Source of the DNA: Yuukianura sp. NJ FZ-2021
Lineage: Eukaryota
NCBI GenBank assembly: GCA_046563655.1
Contig: CM102286.1
Location: forward strand, 744,001-808,000
Direction of reading: 5' to 3'
Length of the DNA stretch: 64,000 nt
Below the pieces are notes generated by a model. That model worked only from the letters and a program-made list of their open reading frames with translations, was not told the DNA's origin and did no database searches. Below, piece by piece: positions 39,201 to 54,200 of this stretch (within the stretch, counting starts at the first letter, position 1; each line of letters opens with the position of its first letter). Position numbers and translations under genes: made by a program.

Positions 39201-42200
39201 TTGAGACGATTTGTGCAGAAAGCAGGCCCAGTTCAAGTGGATGTAAAAGGAAAAGTGTGTGGAGGGGAGTCAAGTTTTGTGTACAAGCGTCCTACTTTTT
39301 CTCTCTTCTAAAAATATCAAAGTCGTTTCCAGTCCCATTTCCTACACTTTTACAAAAAAAAAAAGTCGAAAGTGCGCGAAAACCCTCAAATTTCAAAGTT
39401 ATGGCAGATTTGAAAAGAAAACGGAGCACAACGGCAATAGAACGAACATTTCCCGTGGGAACGTTTTCGGTTGTGACTGAAATTCATGCCAAAGTATAAA
39501 TCGGTGTGAAAGAATCTGTACTTTCCGAGTCATACGTCTGTCGTCAACTGATCAACAACTGAATTGACTGTCTCAATCCCCTTCACAATCAGTCATATTC
39601 AAAATTTTGAAAAAAAAATATTTTTTGAAAATCCCACAACCAATAAATTTCGTACATGCGTTTTACGACCGCCATTTCCAAGTTAATTTTGAATTTTATT
39701 TAAACCTTTTGGAAAACAATTTAATTCAAACCTCTTCCCGGAAATTTTTTTGAATAAAAGCGGTCGTTATTTTCCCGCTTCCGCTTCGAAATTTTTTTCA
39801 AAATTTGGCTCCAGTCGTCTATAAAAGTTACACCTTGCTCTGGCAGGTTCTCGATCCTATGTTCCAGCTCATCTTGCCGCTTAAAAATGTAGAACCTGGA
39901 ATATTAACGTTGCCTCCTGCCACCTTAGCTGTCGCCAAGAGTTATGACAACCCAAAAGAAACGGACGGACGATTCAAAAAGAAGCGCCAAAATTAGTCTC
40001 TCTCCTCCATTCTTTTTTCCCCTCTGTGTGACTCCAGATGAGGAAAATATTAAAACGATATTTCATGCTGCCAGAGATTGTCAGATGGATTCATTCCCTT
40101 TGAATCTTATGACACTCTGCGCCTCCATTCCCAAAACGACACAATTTCAGCACAGACACACATGCTCCACACAGAAAAAGAGAAAGAGAAAAGGCGATAC
40201 AAAACTGAGATAAAACTCCGGCCAAGTGACAGCCTCTCGGCGGCCCGATTTCAAATTACAACAGTTTCAAGTGCTCCCGCGCTTTCCAACCCTACTTTTT
40301 CCAAATGTACTTTCCAAGTGTAGCTTTGTTCAAGTTAGACCTTGGTTCTTGCCCTTCTCAATCGCCTCATCTATTGGAATAATATGACCAGAGTGTCTCA
40401 TCTCATCTTCTTCCATCCCATTGGACGACTTTCTCCACAAATCCAGCCTAACCTAAACCTAACTTAACATTTCCAGACTTCCAGCGTTCCAGAGCTGCGT
40501 CTGGACTGGAAATAGGAACGAGTCTTAATAGGCTCCAAAATGCCTTCTTATCAAAATCCCTCATAGGACCTCTTCTTCTTCCACAAAAACCTAACCTAAC
40601 TATCCTAACGTAACCTAATACTATCCTAACGTAACCTAAGCTTAAAAAGTGCTAGGAAAACCCATTCCTAATCCCCTCTCTCTTCCCAGATGCCCAAATT
40701 ATCTCGTCCTTTCTGCCGGTTATGACAAGATGAACAGATTTCTGCCCGCACTTTCTCTTCCTCTCTCAATAATCGCCTCATGCTCATCCTCAACGTAATT
40801 TTTAAGACCATCAGTTCCCTGATTTATGCTCAACCAATGAACTGTGAAACTCCACTCAGGCAGAAACCCAGAAACTCAAAATCCCGCCGCACCTCACAGG
40901 GTGCGGCACCATATTTCCCGCTTTCCTGAAATATATACCTTCCCTATGTTGTTCAATTCGAGTCAGTTCATCATTCATTTTCCCGCTCTTATCTCCCCTT
41001 CCGCTTTCACCCACTTTCTCCCTCCGTTTCCTCCGTATAAATTCACCATCCACCCATAAGTCATACGAGGAAGGCTCAATTTTGAGTTTCTTCCGTCAGT
41101 CACCCGTCTTCCAGCGCCTTCCAGCCTCATTTTCAGCGATATCCACCAAATTCAAAGGGAAGCGAAGCTGAAAACGCTGTTCCCGGTGGAACTCAAGCGT
41201 ATAAACACATGGAACACTGGGACGCTGAATAGCAATGGGCATGAACCAACGCTTTTGGAAACAAAAACAATAGAAAGTAGTTCAAGCATCTCATTTGCAT
41301 CAAATTATGAATTTGTCAAAGACGAATTGTTCCAAAATATTTAGAGGAAGAGCATAAAGCGGAGCACCACTCTGCTCCAAGTTGTAAAAATTAATCAAAT
41401 AAAAAACTAAAAAAACGAAGCACTTTCCTGACAAGTCTAAAGAAAATGCAAGGGAAAGCAAAAAAAAACTTAGAAGGGAGAAAAGGAAAGTTTTTTGAAG
41501 CACAAAAACGAACAAGTTTTTTTCTTAAAAAAACTTTTTAATTCCCAAAATCCTTCATCTCATTTCCTAATGCCTAAATCTCCATTTCTCAACTTTTTTA
41601 CATAAAGTGCAGGATTTGGCTGCAATCGATTAAAAATTCATTAATCTTCTCTCAACTCTCAAAAAACTTAAGAATTCTACTAAATTCTTAAGAACATTGG
41701 ACATTAAAAAAATCATTTCCTGCGACGCAATGTCACAAGAATAAAAAACTAAAATCAAAATCTTATGCTTTTCCTAATGCCCAACTTTTTTTCTAAAAGA
41801 GCAAAAATTCAAGTCACGATTAAAAAAAAAACGGTTTTACTTCTACCCTCCTGTCAAAAAAATCCTCAAGTCAAAACACTGCAAAAGATTCTATAAAATT
41901 TTGAAATTCCGGATAAATAAATCTGAAAATTTCGTCTAAATTACTGCTTTCCCCGAAAATGGTAGCCAAAAAATTTGTCGTTGACACTTCGCAGTCAGTG
42001 ACCTCTTCCAAGATACTTGCCAGCATCCAGTACTTTTTTGAGGGCTCAAATGCTGCTATACCTTAATGCCTAATCGACCCAACTTCCGCTTAAGGATAAT
42101 CAATGTCCAGAGGGCCGGTTGAATGCTCCAGCGACTCCTCCAGCCCACTCCAGTTCTCGACCAAGTCCATTTGGTATTCCTACCACGCAAACCACACAGG

Positions 42201-45200
42201 GAGCCACAACGTCAGGCTTAGAAGAGTCGTCGAAGCGCTGTGGGCTTCCAGGCACCACTTTCCAGCGCTGGCTAGAAAGCAAGGCGAAGTGTGGTGAAAG
42301 TCAAACAATTAGGCTTTCCAATCGATTCCTCCTCCATCGGCCTCCAATTCAGCCGAATCTCATACCACGCAGCACAAGAACCACTTAATCCAATCCACAC
42401 TTCAACCGCACCAGAGCTCCACCACTTCAAAAATTCCACCAAAAGTTCAACTTTACAACTTTCACTTTCACATTTTCACAAAACCTCTTCAAAAACATGG
42501 TTTTTGGAAACATCATTTTCAATAACTTTCACATTTCAAAATCAAAATCACCGCCCACTCGAGACATCTCATCACCAAAATACCTTTGAAATTATGAAAT
42601 TCCAACTTCAAAATTTTCACTCTAAATTTCAAAATTTGATAACACATGCTTAGCTAGAGTTCTAAAAATAACTTTCTCTAATTTGTTGGACTGTCCTTGG
42701 CATGATCAGTCAATAAAACTCAATCTGGTGCTCGTTTTTCCCGCCCACGCTCGCCAAATAATGAAGATCAATGACTCCATTGACTCCCGTGCATGTCCTG
42801 ACTTCAAACAAACATCGAAACAAGCACAAACGTCACGCCGCCAATCCATAAATAAGCTCCAGCAAATCCAGATCCCGCCAACATTTAAAAAAGGAACAAA
42901 TTTTGGCACCACTTGCAAAATTGCCTTCGTCAAATAACTGAAACAGACAAGCTCAGTGTTCTCCAGTCCATTAGTCTCTCATGCTAAATTTAAATTTAGC
43001 TCTACATTATGCTAAACCTCCAAAAATAGTCCAATTTGTACTTCAACACACGTCTCCTTTTGAACTAATTTTGAACCATGTTGTACAAATCACTCCAAAG
43101 GAAGAATGAGCAACGAAGACTCAAAGTTTCCGTAATTGTTTCCGACTGCGGTGGGAAGCTAATCTGAGACGGTCTGACTTTTCGTAGGAATTTCAGACAA
43201 AGAATCCTTTGATTTATGAACTTTCTCCGACTGTCCGCATTCTCCTCTACCTTCAACTGTGGTTCATTTTACTTCCACTTTTCCCCAGGGACAAACGGAC
43301 TCAATTTATTTGGCCCTCGGGAATTGCACCGAGTTGGACTCGAACCAATGACTATCAACATTTAAGTATTCTCCTTCTCCATATTGCTCTTAATTATTTC
43401 ATAAAGTGGTGAAAGCACAAGAATTATTAGCACGAAGACCCGCCTCCCACAAATCTTCGCCTGTCACGTGAAAGTAGTTCATAAACTTCCAAATTATTCA
43501 AAAGAAAAATTCCCAAAAAAAAACACACAGCTGAAATGTTTTAGATAAGAAAAAATTCCAAAAAATCAGCTCAAATTCTTGACTGTGGAGAAAAATATTC
43601 CCCTCAAATGTTTAAAAGATCAATTTTTTCAAGTAGAAAAATTGCAGTTGGAGTATTTTTTTTATTTGGATAAAGTCAAATTTGGAAGCCTCAAAAAAGT
43701 TCAAGTGAAAAGCGAAATTGAAACAAAAAGAAAAACATGTGAGATATTCGAACAACAGTATGCACCGAAGAATACAAAAATTGAGTGATTTTGAAATGGA
43801 GATTGCGTTCGTTCGTGCTCCTCCCTTCCACAAAATCCGAAATCTGTTCACCTGAAAAGCCAAACACGACTTTCTCCTCCCAAACCCAAAAATTGACTCT
43901 ATCAAATTCCTATGAAATTGAAAATAAAGCCAGAAAAGTTAACGACCGGAAGGAAATGGAACCTCCACTTTCGGTTTTGTTTTGAATTCCAGATGGAAGC
44001 ACACACTCTACTCTTTTTTCAGAAAATCCCATTTTGGAAAACCGAAATCTCAAGATCATTCGATTTCAAATTCGAAAGCACTCGTTTTTGGCTCTTACGG
44101 TTTCATGACTTCAAAAAATAAACATGGTGTATGTGGTGGTCCTACAACTAAAAATATATCAGTAAAAAACACATTTAAAAAAAAGTTTTCGGAAATTCTT
44201 CCGTCTCCGCCCAGAGACTCAAGATAAAAAATTGGTCTAAAAAACTAAAAACTTTCGGTATTCAAAAAAAAAATTGACTTTTTTTTCAAAAAGTTAAACA
44301 GGACAAGTAATTCGCAAGCCAAGAAATGTAAATAATGGCAAACAGAGGATGTGATACGGATACTTTTAAGTTTCCGGCGGCTCTTCTTGCATATCCTCCT
44401 CCACAGCAAGACATTTCCGAAAATTACTTATCTTCATAAAACCTCGAAAATTTTCCAAAAACATTACAATTGTGCCAACAAAATTCAAAAAACTAAAAAT
44501 TCTAAATCTTCCGCTCTCCAAAAAATCAGGTTTCGTTAACATTCTCTAAATCTGCAACCAGAATCACTTTCTCCTGCCTCCGTCGGCCTGGAAACGACTC
44601 TCTTTATGCCAAATTCGTACTTTCTCCTGGTGACGCCCATAACAAAAAAAAGTGCACGCTTTTCAATTTGAAAACTTTTCGTTTTCATTGCCCAATTTCT
44701 CTTTGCTAAAAAGTTATCCCCGTCAAAAAATTGGCCGCAAAGTTGAGGAACAACGAGCTCCAAAAAGTACAGCATTTCTTTTCAACTTTCTCCATTAGAA
44801 GCTCTATTCAATTCAATAACCATAGGAAAACAAATTTCTAAACATTTTGTTGAAAAAGTAACGAAAAGAGAAATAAACATGAAAAGTTTTGTAATTTTTC
44901 TGAAAAGACAAACAGGAGTGACATGGAATTGATGTTCTCTGTGTATGGTCCAGTAATCCTTAGCATTTGCTTTTAATAACTGCGTGCATAAGAGTGAGGC
45001 AGAGAAAGTAGAAAGTTCCTTTGATCCGTGAGGCAGAGCGGAGGCTTAAGAGAGCGACTTGAACAAAGTGTATTTCCAACTTTAATTACAACTCCAGCCT
45101 GTTTTCATGCTTTTCTACCGGAAGATCAGAATGAATTAATTCGGCTCAAAGCACAAGTTAATATATGCTAATAAGAATAAGCAAATCCACTTCGTCTTTG

Positions 45201-48200
45201 ACCCGCCCCCGACTGGGGGTCAATGACCTCTGCGCAAAAAGCACTAAAAGATCAAAGGTCAAGCTCCGCTTTACCCTCACTCTCTTTAAAGATTCAAAAC
45301 TTCCACATTTTCGCTTAAAAAATCAATAATCTTGGTAAAGAAAATTGAAATCCTTCCTTATTTTGGTCTTTTTGACGAATTTGCTTTAAAAAATGTAAAA
45401 ATTTCTAGTACTTTGTTGTAAATTCAAAATTTTGCTTACCTAGAACGTTGATCCAAGCATCTGCTCTGATGGCCGTGTTAGTTTTCGTGGGGCCAACTTG
45501 ACACTGGTACTCGCTGATGTCCTCGAGTGAAACGTTCACAATTCTTAAATTGTGGATGCCCCGCCCAGCGTCTCCCACCATTGAGTAGCGCGGGAAATGC
45601 GGAATACTACGTTCAAATCCTAAAAATTAAAAAAAAAAGACAACATTACACATAAAAAATTTCACAAAATTAAACACATTTTCTTAAAACTTCCACATTT
45701 CTAAACTTCTAACAACTCGTAGAGCATTTAACTTCAATTTTCGCTCTATTTTTTGTTCTTTCAAAAACATTCCTAAATTCGCGCTTTTTTTAAACAACTT
45801 TCTTCCGACAAATGCCTTTTTTCCACAACCTCCGTTTCTCTTATCCTATTTTTGTGAAAATGGGATTCTCTTAAGCTAAAACGATTCCATTGAGCTTGTG
45901 GAAAAGTGAAGAAAGAAAGCAGTCGATTCGTCTCGTTCATCAACTTTCTTTTCTCTGCTTTTTGTGCAAAGTAAAAGTGAAAAGAAGGGGAAATGGGACC
46001 TAATGGAGTCTGATAAAAACGTTTCCCTTGATTACAGACTCGGATATTTCTCACAGTTGCTCGAGAAACCAAAAACTCAGTCTAAACCAACACTTTCTCC
46101 AACTTTCTCTTCTCCATCCAGTTTAAGTCATGGATAAAAGTAGAGAGTGGGAAGAACTACTTGCATAATTTCTCCTCTTAATCAAAGAGAGACAGCCACA
46201 AGAGAAGAAGAACAAAGAAGCGTCAGTGCGGGAACGTCGTGATGGTGGTTCAACCAACTTTCAAATGCAACCAAACTCAAAGAAAAAGAAAAGCAAATAA
46301 CCAAAAAAGACTTTTTTCTCCTTTAGCTACACTTTTTCTTCAAAATGAAACTTTTTTTTTAAATAAACGAAAAAGAGAGGGGAGAGAAAACGAAGAAGAT
46401 GAACGTGCAGAACATTACGTATTCAATTCCCTTTCTCCCGCCTTGTACCTTTTCCTTTCTTATGCACCACCACTTTCAAATAAGAGAGAAGAACATGCAA
46501 CAAAGTACACAAGAGACGAGCATGGTGGCTTTGAGTGATAGAAAAGTTTTGGTGGCTCATGTGGTGGGGCTTTGGTGGGTCTCGTAGTGGTGAGAGAAAG
46601 TTTCAAATGAGAAATTCCTAAAAAGAATGCTACTTTCTATGAGCTCAAAATAAATTGTTCCTATTTCTCTTTTCCCCTCGACGCCTCCACTCCCTTCCGC
46701 TTTTGTCAATACTAAAAAACGCAAGTTCACAATTTCAGTTTCACCATTTGCCACTTTTTCAAAAAAAAATGGAACAAAAATCTAAAAAGCAAAGACGACA
46801 TTTTCCTAACAGCAAAAAGACTGACAGCCTTCCACGAATCTTTAATTTCAATTTTCTTCAGCCTCAATTCACGCGGTTCCCGCTTTTTTTTCAATTCGCA
46901 AAGAAAAAACTTTCTCTTAAATAAACTAAAAAAAACATGTTGAATTTTTCATTTTTTGGATAGTGGATAACCTAAATTTTTAAGTTTTACTTAAAAATTG
47001 AGAAATCGATTTGGTAAATTTATTTGACCGAGTCCCGGGATTTAAGATCCAAAAAAAGAAATTTTCCAAAGTAAATAGCAGCAAGAGAAAAAAAATGACA
47101 TAATTACGCGAAGTCAGCAATAAGTTTTCCCTTGGCTAAGAAACTTCGTGGAGCCCAGAGTTTTTTTTTCCTCAAAAAGAAAAAAACGAAAAGCATTTCT
47201 CTTTTAAGAATATTTCTAAAAAGCAATGCCCATCCTTCTGTAACCCAAAAACTCTAAACTTTCCCGCGTCTTTTTTTTTTCGGAAAAAGTACAAGAAAAG
47301 TTATCGTAAAACTCCATTTTGCTCAGGAACGGAACACTAAACCAACTTTGTGTCTTTAAGTTTCTGCTCTTGGGCTCTCCTTTTTGCTTCTGTTGAGAGA
47401 TGGATGTTATCTATTTCCCAACCACCTACGCTATGTCCATACTTTGCCTCCCAAAATGAGGATATCCTCAATTCATAACTCTCCAATCCTAAAAAACCCA
47501 AATTAAATTAGAAACCAGCAAAATTGGCCCAGAAATCCTCAAAATCCAAAATTTTCTAATTCGCAAATTCCTTTACCATACCTGTGAAAACTCCTGAATT
47601 CAAGTCCTCATTTTTTGAGGACTTTTTGTTTTACGAGTCCTCTTTTGAATAAAAATTGAGGATGTCAGCAATGCCATTAGAAAAGTAGTGGGGCAGATGC
47701 AGTCGCAAGCCAACTTCTTAACCTTATGACTCGGAATGGAATAAACTCCTTCTACAACGACGCTTATCCCCTCTCTCCAAACAGAGAGAGCTTTTTATAC
47801 CACGAAAACTGAAATAGTAGCAGGAAATTCAAAGTCCAACTTTCCAGCGAACCTAAATGTCCATTTTATATCCCTTCTGTGACAAATAGGAGGACCAAGG
47901 GCCCTCAATTTCAAAAAACTCCCAACTTTATCTTCCGCTTCGCCTTCAAAGTTATCCCGGAGGCCATCGCCCTCTCTTCATTCAACATATTTTCCACAAC
48001 CCTACTTTCACTTTTGAAGTTTACAGTTTAAATTCCTCCCAACATACTGCGGTCCAAAAACTACTAAAATTCCTACCAAAACTTCAAAACGGAGAGCCAT
48101 TTTGGTGACCCATGAAACCAAAATTGTTTAAACCAAGAGAAAGTCCGCTTGTTTCCCGCGGGCTTTCTCCGCACAGAACACAAAAAAATAGTTTTCTTAA

Positions 48201-51200
48201 AAAATAGTTTTCTCTCTTCAAAAATCCCAAAAACGTGAAAACCTATTTTTTTTTCTGCGTTTTTAGGTTAGGTTTTCACTTTTTCCCAGTTCTAAAATTT
48301 CGTTCTCCTTTCATACCTCCAGAGACCACTTTGGGCACTAATCGAAGCCTTTTTCGCCTCCTCTCGCCACTGACCACCAAACTGTAACTAATTTTCAGGT
48401 CAGAAGCTCTCCGTTCCACTCTGACCACAAATGATCCTACAAAATGCCCACGAGTCACTTCCCGCTACTTTCAAATTGAATTTTAATCTTTTAGAACGTG
48501 GCTATTCCCGCGCAAAAACCGCTGCAGCACTACTCCGTACTCATCCAATTCAACCATCTTCTCTCCCCATCCAAATGGCGTCAATTATTGGAAAATTACG
48601 GTACTTTGTCGCTAACGGTAACTAGCTCCAACTTCACTCCAATTCCAATTATTGCTATTTTGAACTTTTGTTTTAGTTTTGACCTGTTTTGGTGTTCTTA
48701 AAAGTAAAAAAATAAAACTAATCTGCTCCCAACAAGGCAAAAACAACTCAGAAAAGTTTTTTGACGACGCCATAAACCACTTGCGCAGCACAAAAGAGTG
48801 AGGTGTGCGCAGAATCGGGTGATTTAATTGGACTGGGAGACACACCAGGTCCAAAGTTTAAGTTTTCGATTCCGAAATGCCCATTAGAAAAAACTGTGAG
48901 AAAAGAGTTGAACTAGTTTCGATAGGAAAGTTTGAACAGTGGATGTGACTAACACTGCAACTAGGTCCATTAAACCACGCTTCTTCTTCTATTCCCATCC
49001 AAACTACAGTTCAAATTAGGAAATTTCCCAAAACAACCAAAAAACGGTGCTCATCTTCCGCTGAAAACAGAAGAGACGTCGTAAAACCTAAAGTCTTAAA
49101 TGACATTCTGCACTAGGCCACTCCAGACACAACGACCACGTTAGACACTGCTCCATTTAAACACTGGGAAATAGTTACTCCCTCCAACATTGGAAAATAG
49201 TTACTCCCTTCACCCCTTCATTGCCCATTTCCAACTCCTAAACTTGATTAACTAACCTAACAAAAACCTAACATCACCATCACTGTCATCCTAACTGTAA
49301 ATATCGACTTTCCTTTGACTAGAAATTACGTCATTTCACAAAATTCAAAAATTTCAAATTAATTTCACTTAAAAAAAATTCAAAAATAACACGTCTGCAC
49401 TATCGGAATTTAAATATCAAAATTGTTGCATTCGAGTTAAAAATCGGAGTTATTTTGCCGCTACGTTCCAGCCGTTAGCCGCCTCGTGTTACTCCATTTC
49501 AAAAAGTTTTCACTTTTTTCAAAAAAAAAATGTGCGTTTTCTTGAAAAAAAGTTTTGAAAATAAAAAAAGAGGCGGGAAAGAGGGAGATGCTGTTGAAAT
49601 GGAAATAGTTTGGAGACGAATCCTAATGTCCCCGTCATTAAGGGCCCCTCTCCATCTGAGGCATATGGACCTAACCCATTCCCATTCAATCTCCCGCAAC
49701 CACACACTCCACTAAGGGCTCTCCTCAGAAACTTTACAGTAGTCAAAGTTTAATGAAATTTCAAATCTCCCTCCTTTCACTCACAGTCCTTCACTCTCTG
49801 TAGTTCCACTTAATGAGCAGACCATTAGAAATGAATTAGGCCCCACAGAATAAATGTTTGTCTCTTTTCAAAAGTCCCGCGCACCCTTAAGGTTCAAAAT
49901 TCAAAAGTCTCACTTCGCCCCACTTTCTTTGATTCAATTTCTCTTTTCAGTTCTACTTTTCTCCAACACGATTTCTGAATAATAGGGACATAACTTTCGA
50001 ATTCTGAAAAGAAAACTCCGAGTCCACTGCTTTACGTTAGGCTAAACCTAAGTTAGGTTATGCTGAGAATGGGATTAGAAATGACTCTCTAACTCTCCAA
50101 CTGCCAAGATAACACAGAGAAAGTAAGTCAGAGTAAGGACAAAGAAGGCGCTTTCACTTCACACCATTATCCCTCCAGCACCACAAATTTCTTCCTCCTC
50201 CACTTTCTTCAGTTAAAGGCAAATGTACAGCATGGTTCACAATTTCCCACTTTCAGTTCTGTTTAAGACATCGCACTGAATTGTAGTATTGGAAGAAGTG
50301 CACTGTACCATCCAAGGAAATGAGAAGGAGATGAAGCATTTTGGACACAAGTCGGAATCCACAAAGAGATAAATTTGGCACACAATTCCGGAACTTACGA
50401 ACCACTGACTTCCAAATTTCATTTTTGTGCAAAATCCCACTCTTTTTGCTCAAAAATATCTTCGCTAGATATCAAATATCTTAAACTTGACAAAATTCTA
50501 TTTCCTTGGGTCAACGCAGAGGTCAAAGGTCAAGCCGTTTTCATTTCCTAATTTGTTTCTGCTTTTTGATTTGGAATTTGGGACCAAGCAGAATCCACTT
50601 CAGAAATTCATAATTCAAATATTCTCGGAATGCGAGGGGAGAAAGCAACTTTCCATTCTTCTACTTTACTCAATTGGTAAACTTTATTAAAATTCAAAAA
50701 TCCCGAGCTTTCAATCTCATCTTGCCCCAACACAACGTAATTATCTCGCAGTTGCTCAAAACTTCACAACTATTTAGTCATGGACTTGCGCATTAAACTT
50801 AACCGTTCAAAAAACTGAAACAAGTTACCGTAAAATTCCTACATTTTTAAAGGTCCAGCCAACAGACGCGTTTCGACAGATTTCAAATGTAAACCGGATT
50901 TTAAATTGCCTAAAAACTTTTACCATTTCGCACCTCATGTCAACCTGAAACTGAAATCTCTCTACACACGTCTCTCCTAGCAATTACAACTTTCTCTAAA
51001 ATTTAAATTCAAGTATTCCCGCGCTCGCAAGTTCGCATTTTGCCAATGTGCTCTTAATAGTTCCCGTCGTTACCTCCACCTGGGTTTCCATCAATAAAAT
51101 TTAAATAAAACCGCCCTTCACTTTCTCCCGCCATCAAAACAAAACTCTCCTCCACATTACACAACTTTACCAAAAATCAAAATCACCTAAAATTCCAAAA

Positions 51201-54200
51201 TTCAAATCCTTTCGACCATTTTCAAATAGGGGTCGCAAATCCGGAGGTTCTTGCTAAAATCCGGATTTCGGATTTTTTCGGATTTCTTAGCTCCGAATCC
51301 GGCACCGGATTCGGATTTCAAGAATATATTATTGAATCGAATAGAAACAACGCTTACTGCTGTTCACAACAATAATATTTTCAGGAGGAAAATGTACATT
51401 ACTTTTCTAGCAATTTCTTTGCATTCTCCTTGAAGTCTTTGATTTGAAAATATGATCTTAAGAAAAATCAAATCATCCAAAACATTGTCCCCTAACCTAA
51501 ATCTAAATTTATTGCAGATTTTTTAGTGTCATCCGGTACAAAATAATTCCAAACAAAACTTCTGCCTTGTGGTCCTTTGACCGTATTGTGTGAGCTGGTG
51601 GAAGTTCCAGTTATGAGTACTTCCGGAATACTCATCCTGGAAACAATTAACCTTATTAGTTTTTTTTTACTCTGATGGAATAAGTTAAAATAAATTTAAC
51701 TGTTAATTGAACAATATGCCCGTGAATTCATAACTTGGTATAACAGCGGTATGGTACCAAGTGTCTAATCCTCAGAATTCCGATACTTAGAAAACCTAAC
51801 CTAGGATTCTGCTGTTCTCTAACTTTTTGACGTGACAAAATTTTTTGACAAAATTTCACTTTCACTTTTACTTTTTGAGGAATTGGAATTTTGAAAAATT
51901 CAGCTGAAATTCAACTTTTGGATATATTTGCCTTGCCGAAAATTCACGCGTACTCTACCCTCTCGAAATGTTGGTCTCGTGAAAAATTGACCTGTTCTCT
52001 AACTTTTTGACGTGACAAAATTTTTTGACAAAATTTCACTTTCACTTTTACTTTTTGAGGAATTGGAATTTTGAAAAATTCAGCTGAAATTCAACTTTTG
52101 GATATATTTGCCTTGCCGAAAATTCACGCGTACTCTACCCTCTCGAAATGTTGGTCTCGTGAAAAATTGACCTGTTCTCTAACTTTTTGACGTGACAAAA
52201 TTTTTTGACAAAATTTCACTTTCACTTTTACTTTTTGAGGAATTGGAATTTTGAAAAATTCAGCTGAAATTCAACTTTTGGATATATTTGCCTTGCCGAA
52301 AATTCACGCGTACTCTACCCTCTCGAAATGTTGGTCTCGTGAAAAATTGACTTGTTCTCTAATTTTTTGACGTGACAAAATTTTTTGACAAAATTTCACT
52401 TTCACTTTTACTTTTTGAGGAATTGGAATTTTGAAAAATTCAGCTGAAATTCAACTTTTGGATATATTTGCCTTGCCGAAAATTCACGCGTACTCTACCC
52501 TCTCGAAATGTTGGTCTCGTGAAAAATTGACTTGTTCTCTAATTTTTTGACGTGACAAAATTTTTTGACAAAATTTCACTTTCACTTTTACTTTTTGAGG
52601 AATTGGAATTTTGAAAAATTCAGCTGAAATTCAACTTTTGGATATATTTGCCTTGCCGAAAATTCACGCGTACTCTACCCTCTCGAAATGTTGGTCTCGT
52701 GAAAAATTGACCTGTTCTCTAACTTTTTGACGTGACAAAATTTTTTGACAAAATTTCACTTTCACTTTTACTTTTTGAGGAATTGGAATTTTGAAAAATT
52801 CAACTGACATTCGACTTTTGGATATATTTGCCTTGCCGAAAATTCACGCGTACTCTACCCTCTCGAAATGTTGGTCTCGTGAAAAATTGTCCTGAGAAAT
52901 AGTCACTCCAACCTATACCGCGATTTAACCGTGTTCTAACTTCACGCTCGTTTGAACAATTAACTTAAATAATCCCAACGTTAACTTGCACCACAGAGAT
53001 CCCTCAGAAAAAGAGAACCAAGTAACACTACTCTTTTTAAACGCAAGTAAAATTCTAGTTTTACCGGCCCTCCAATTTGCCCCAATTTTACTCTCAAAAT
53101 CCGGATTCAGTAGCCTAAAATCCGGATTTCGGATTATCCGAATCCGTAAAAATCCGCGGATTAATCCGGATTTGCGACCCCTATTTTCAAACCATCCTTT
53201 TAATTCCTCCTATGAATTTTCAAAATTGGTTTAAAACCAATCAAAAATTATTGCCATTTTGATTCGTCATGGAACTTGGTCGTTTCCTGTACTAGTACCT
53301 TGTGAAAATGTTGAAAATCCAAATTGAATTTGGAATGTGCCGAAGTCATGAAGCTGGTTATGATTTGAATCGGCACGAGTTCCGACTGTGACTGACGTTC
53401 TTAATAAGTAGTGAGCATGGAACTGACATAATTTCATTATTACGTGGAGAAGCTAATAGCCAAATCCCCTGACTCCCTCTCCTACCCGCTTCCACATTAA
53501 TTCTTGATGATGCCAAAGGGAAGATCCACTTCCTCCATTATGATCCGCCACATCCACTGCTGCCCTCCAGCTACTCCACCAGACCCACCAAACACAATCC
53601 ACCACAGCCACCGTGGAATTTCTCCACACAATCCCATGCTTTCTCCACTACTCGTCCAGAACAAGCGGAATCCTGTCTAGTCGAGTCTAAATGCTACTTT
53701 ACTAAAATATTGTCAGCCCCACGTCCCACCAAGATCAGTCAAATTGCAACCATGACCCACCGCCCCACCAAAATCTAAAAATGTTCTCAACCTCTTACAA
53801 TTTTTTTGCAAAAATCTAAAAAAAAAAAACTGAAGCTAAAACTAGAAAAAAAAATTTAAACAAGATCCAGAGCTATACTGGAGCCGATCCAAGATTCACT
53901 TAGGAAAATTTTTATTTTCAAATAAAATTTTTGAAAATAACTTTAATTTCAATTTTATGGTATTTTTTTTCTTTCAAAAATTTTCTGATTCACTCCGTCG
54001 GTAATAAATTTACCCTCGTTACTCTCTTTTTTTTCTTGGAAATAAAAAATCTTGTCTAATTTTTTAAAAACCTGACAAGTGGTTTTGCCAGGACATAAAT
54101 TAAGAAACTGCGCAAACTTTTAACCTCATGTCGTAACTTTGCTTGTTCCTTTGAACACTTTTGCAGTCTGCAAAAGTTGAAGGTCAATGACCTCTGCAAG

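Noticed and set aside
51812..52891. CRISPR-like array
   Set aside because: Units are full-length near-identical copies with no unique spacers, in a eukaryotic intron with no cas genes.
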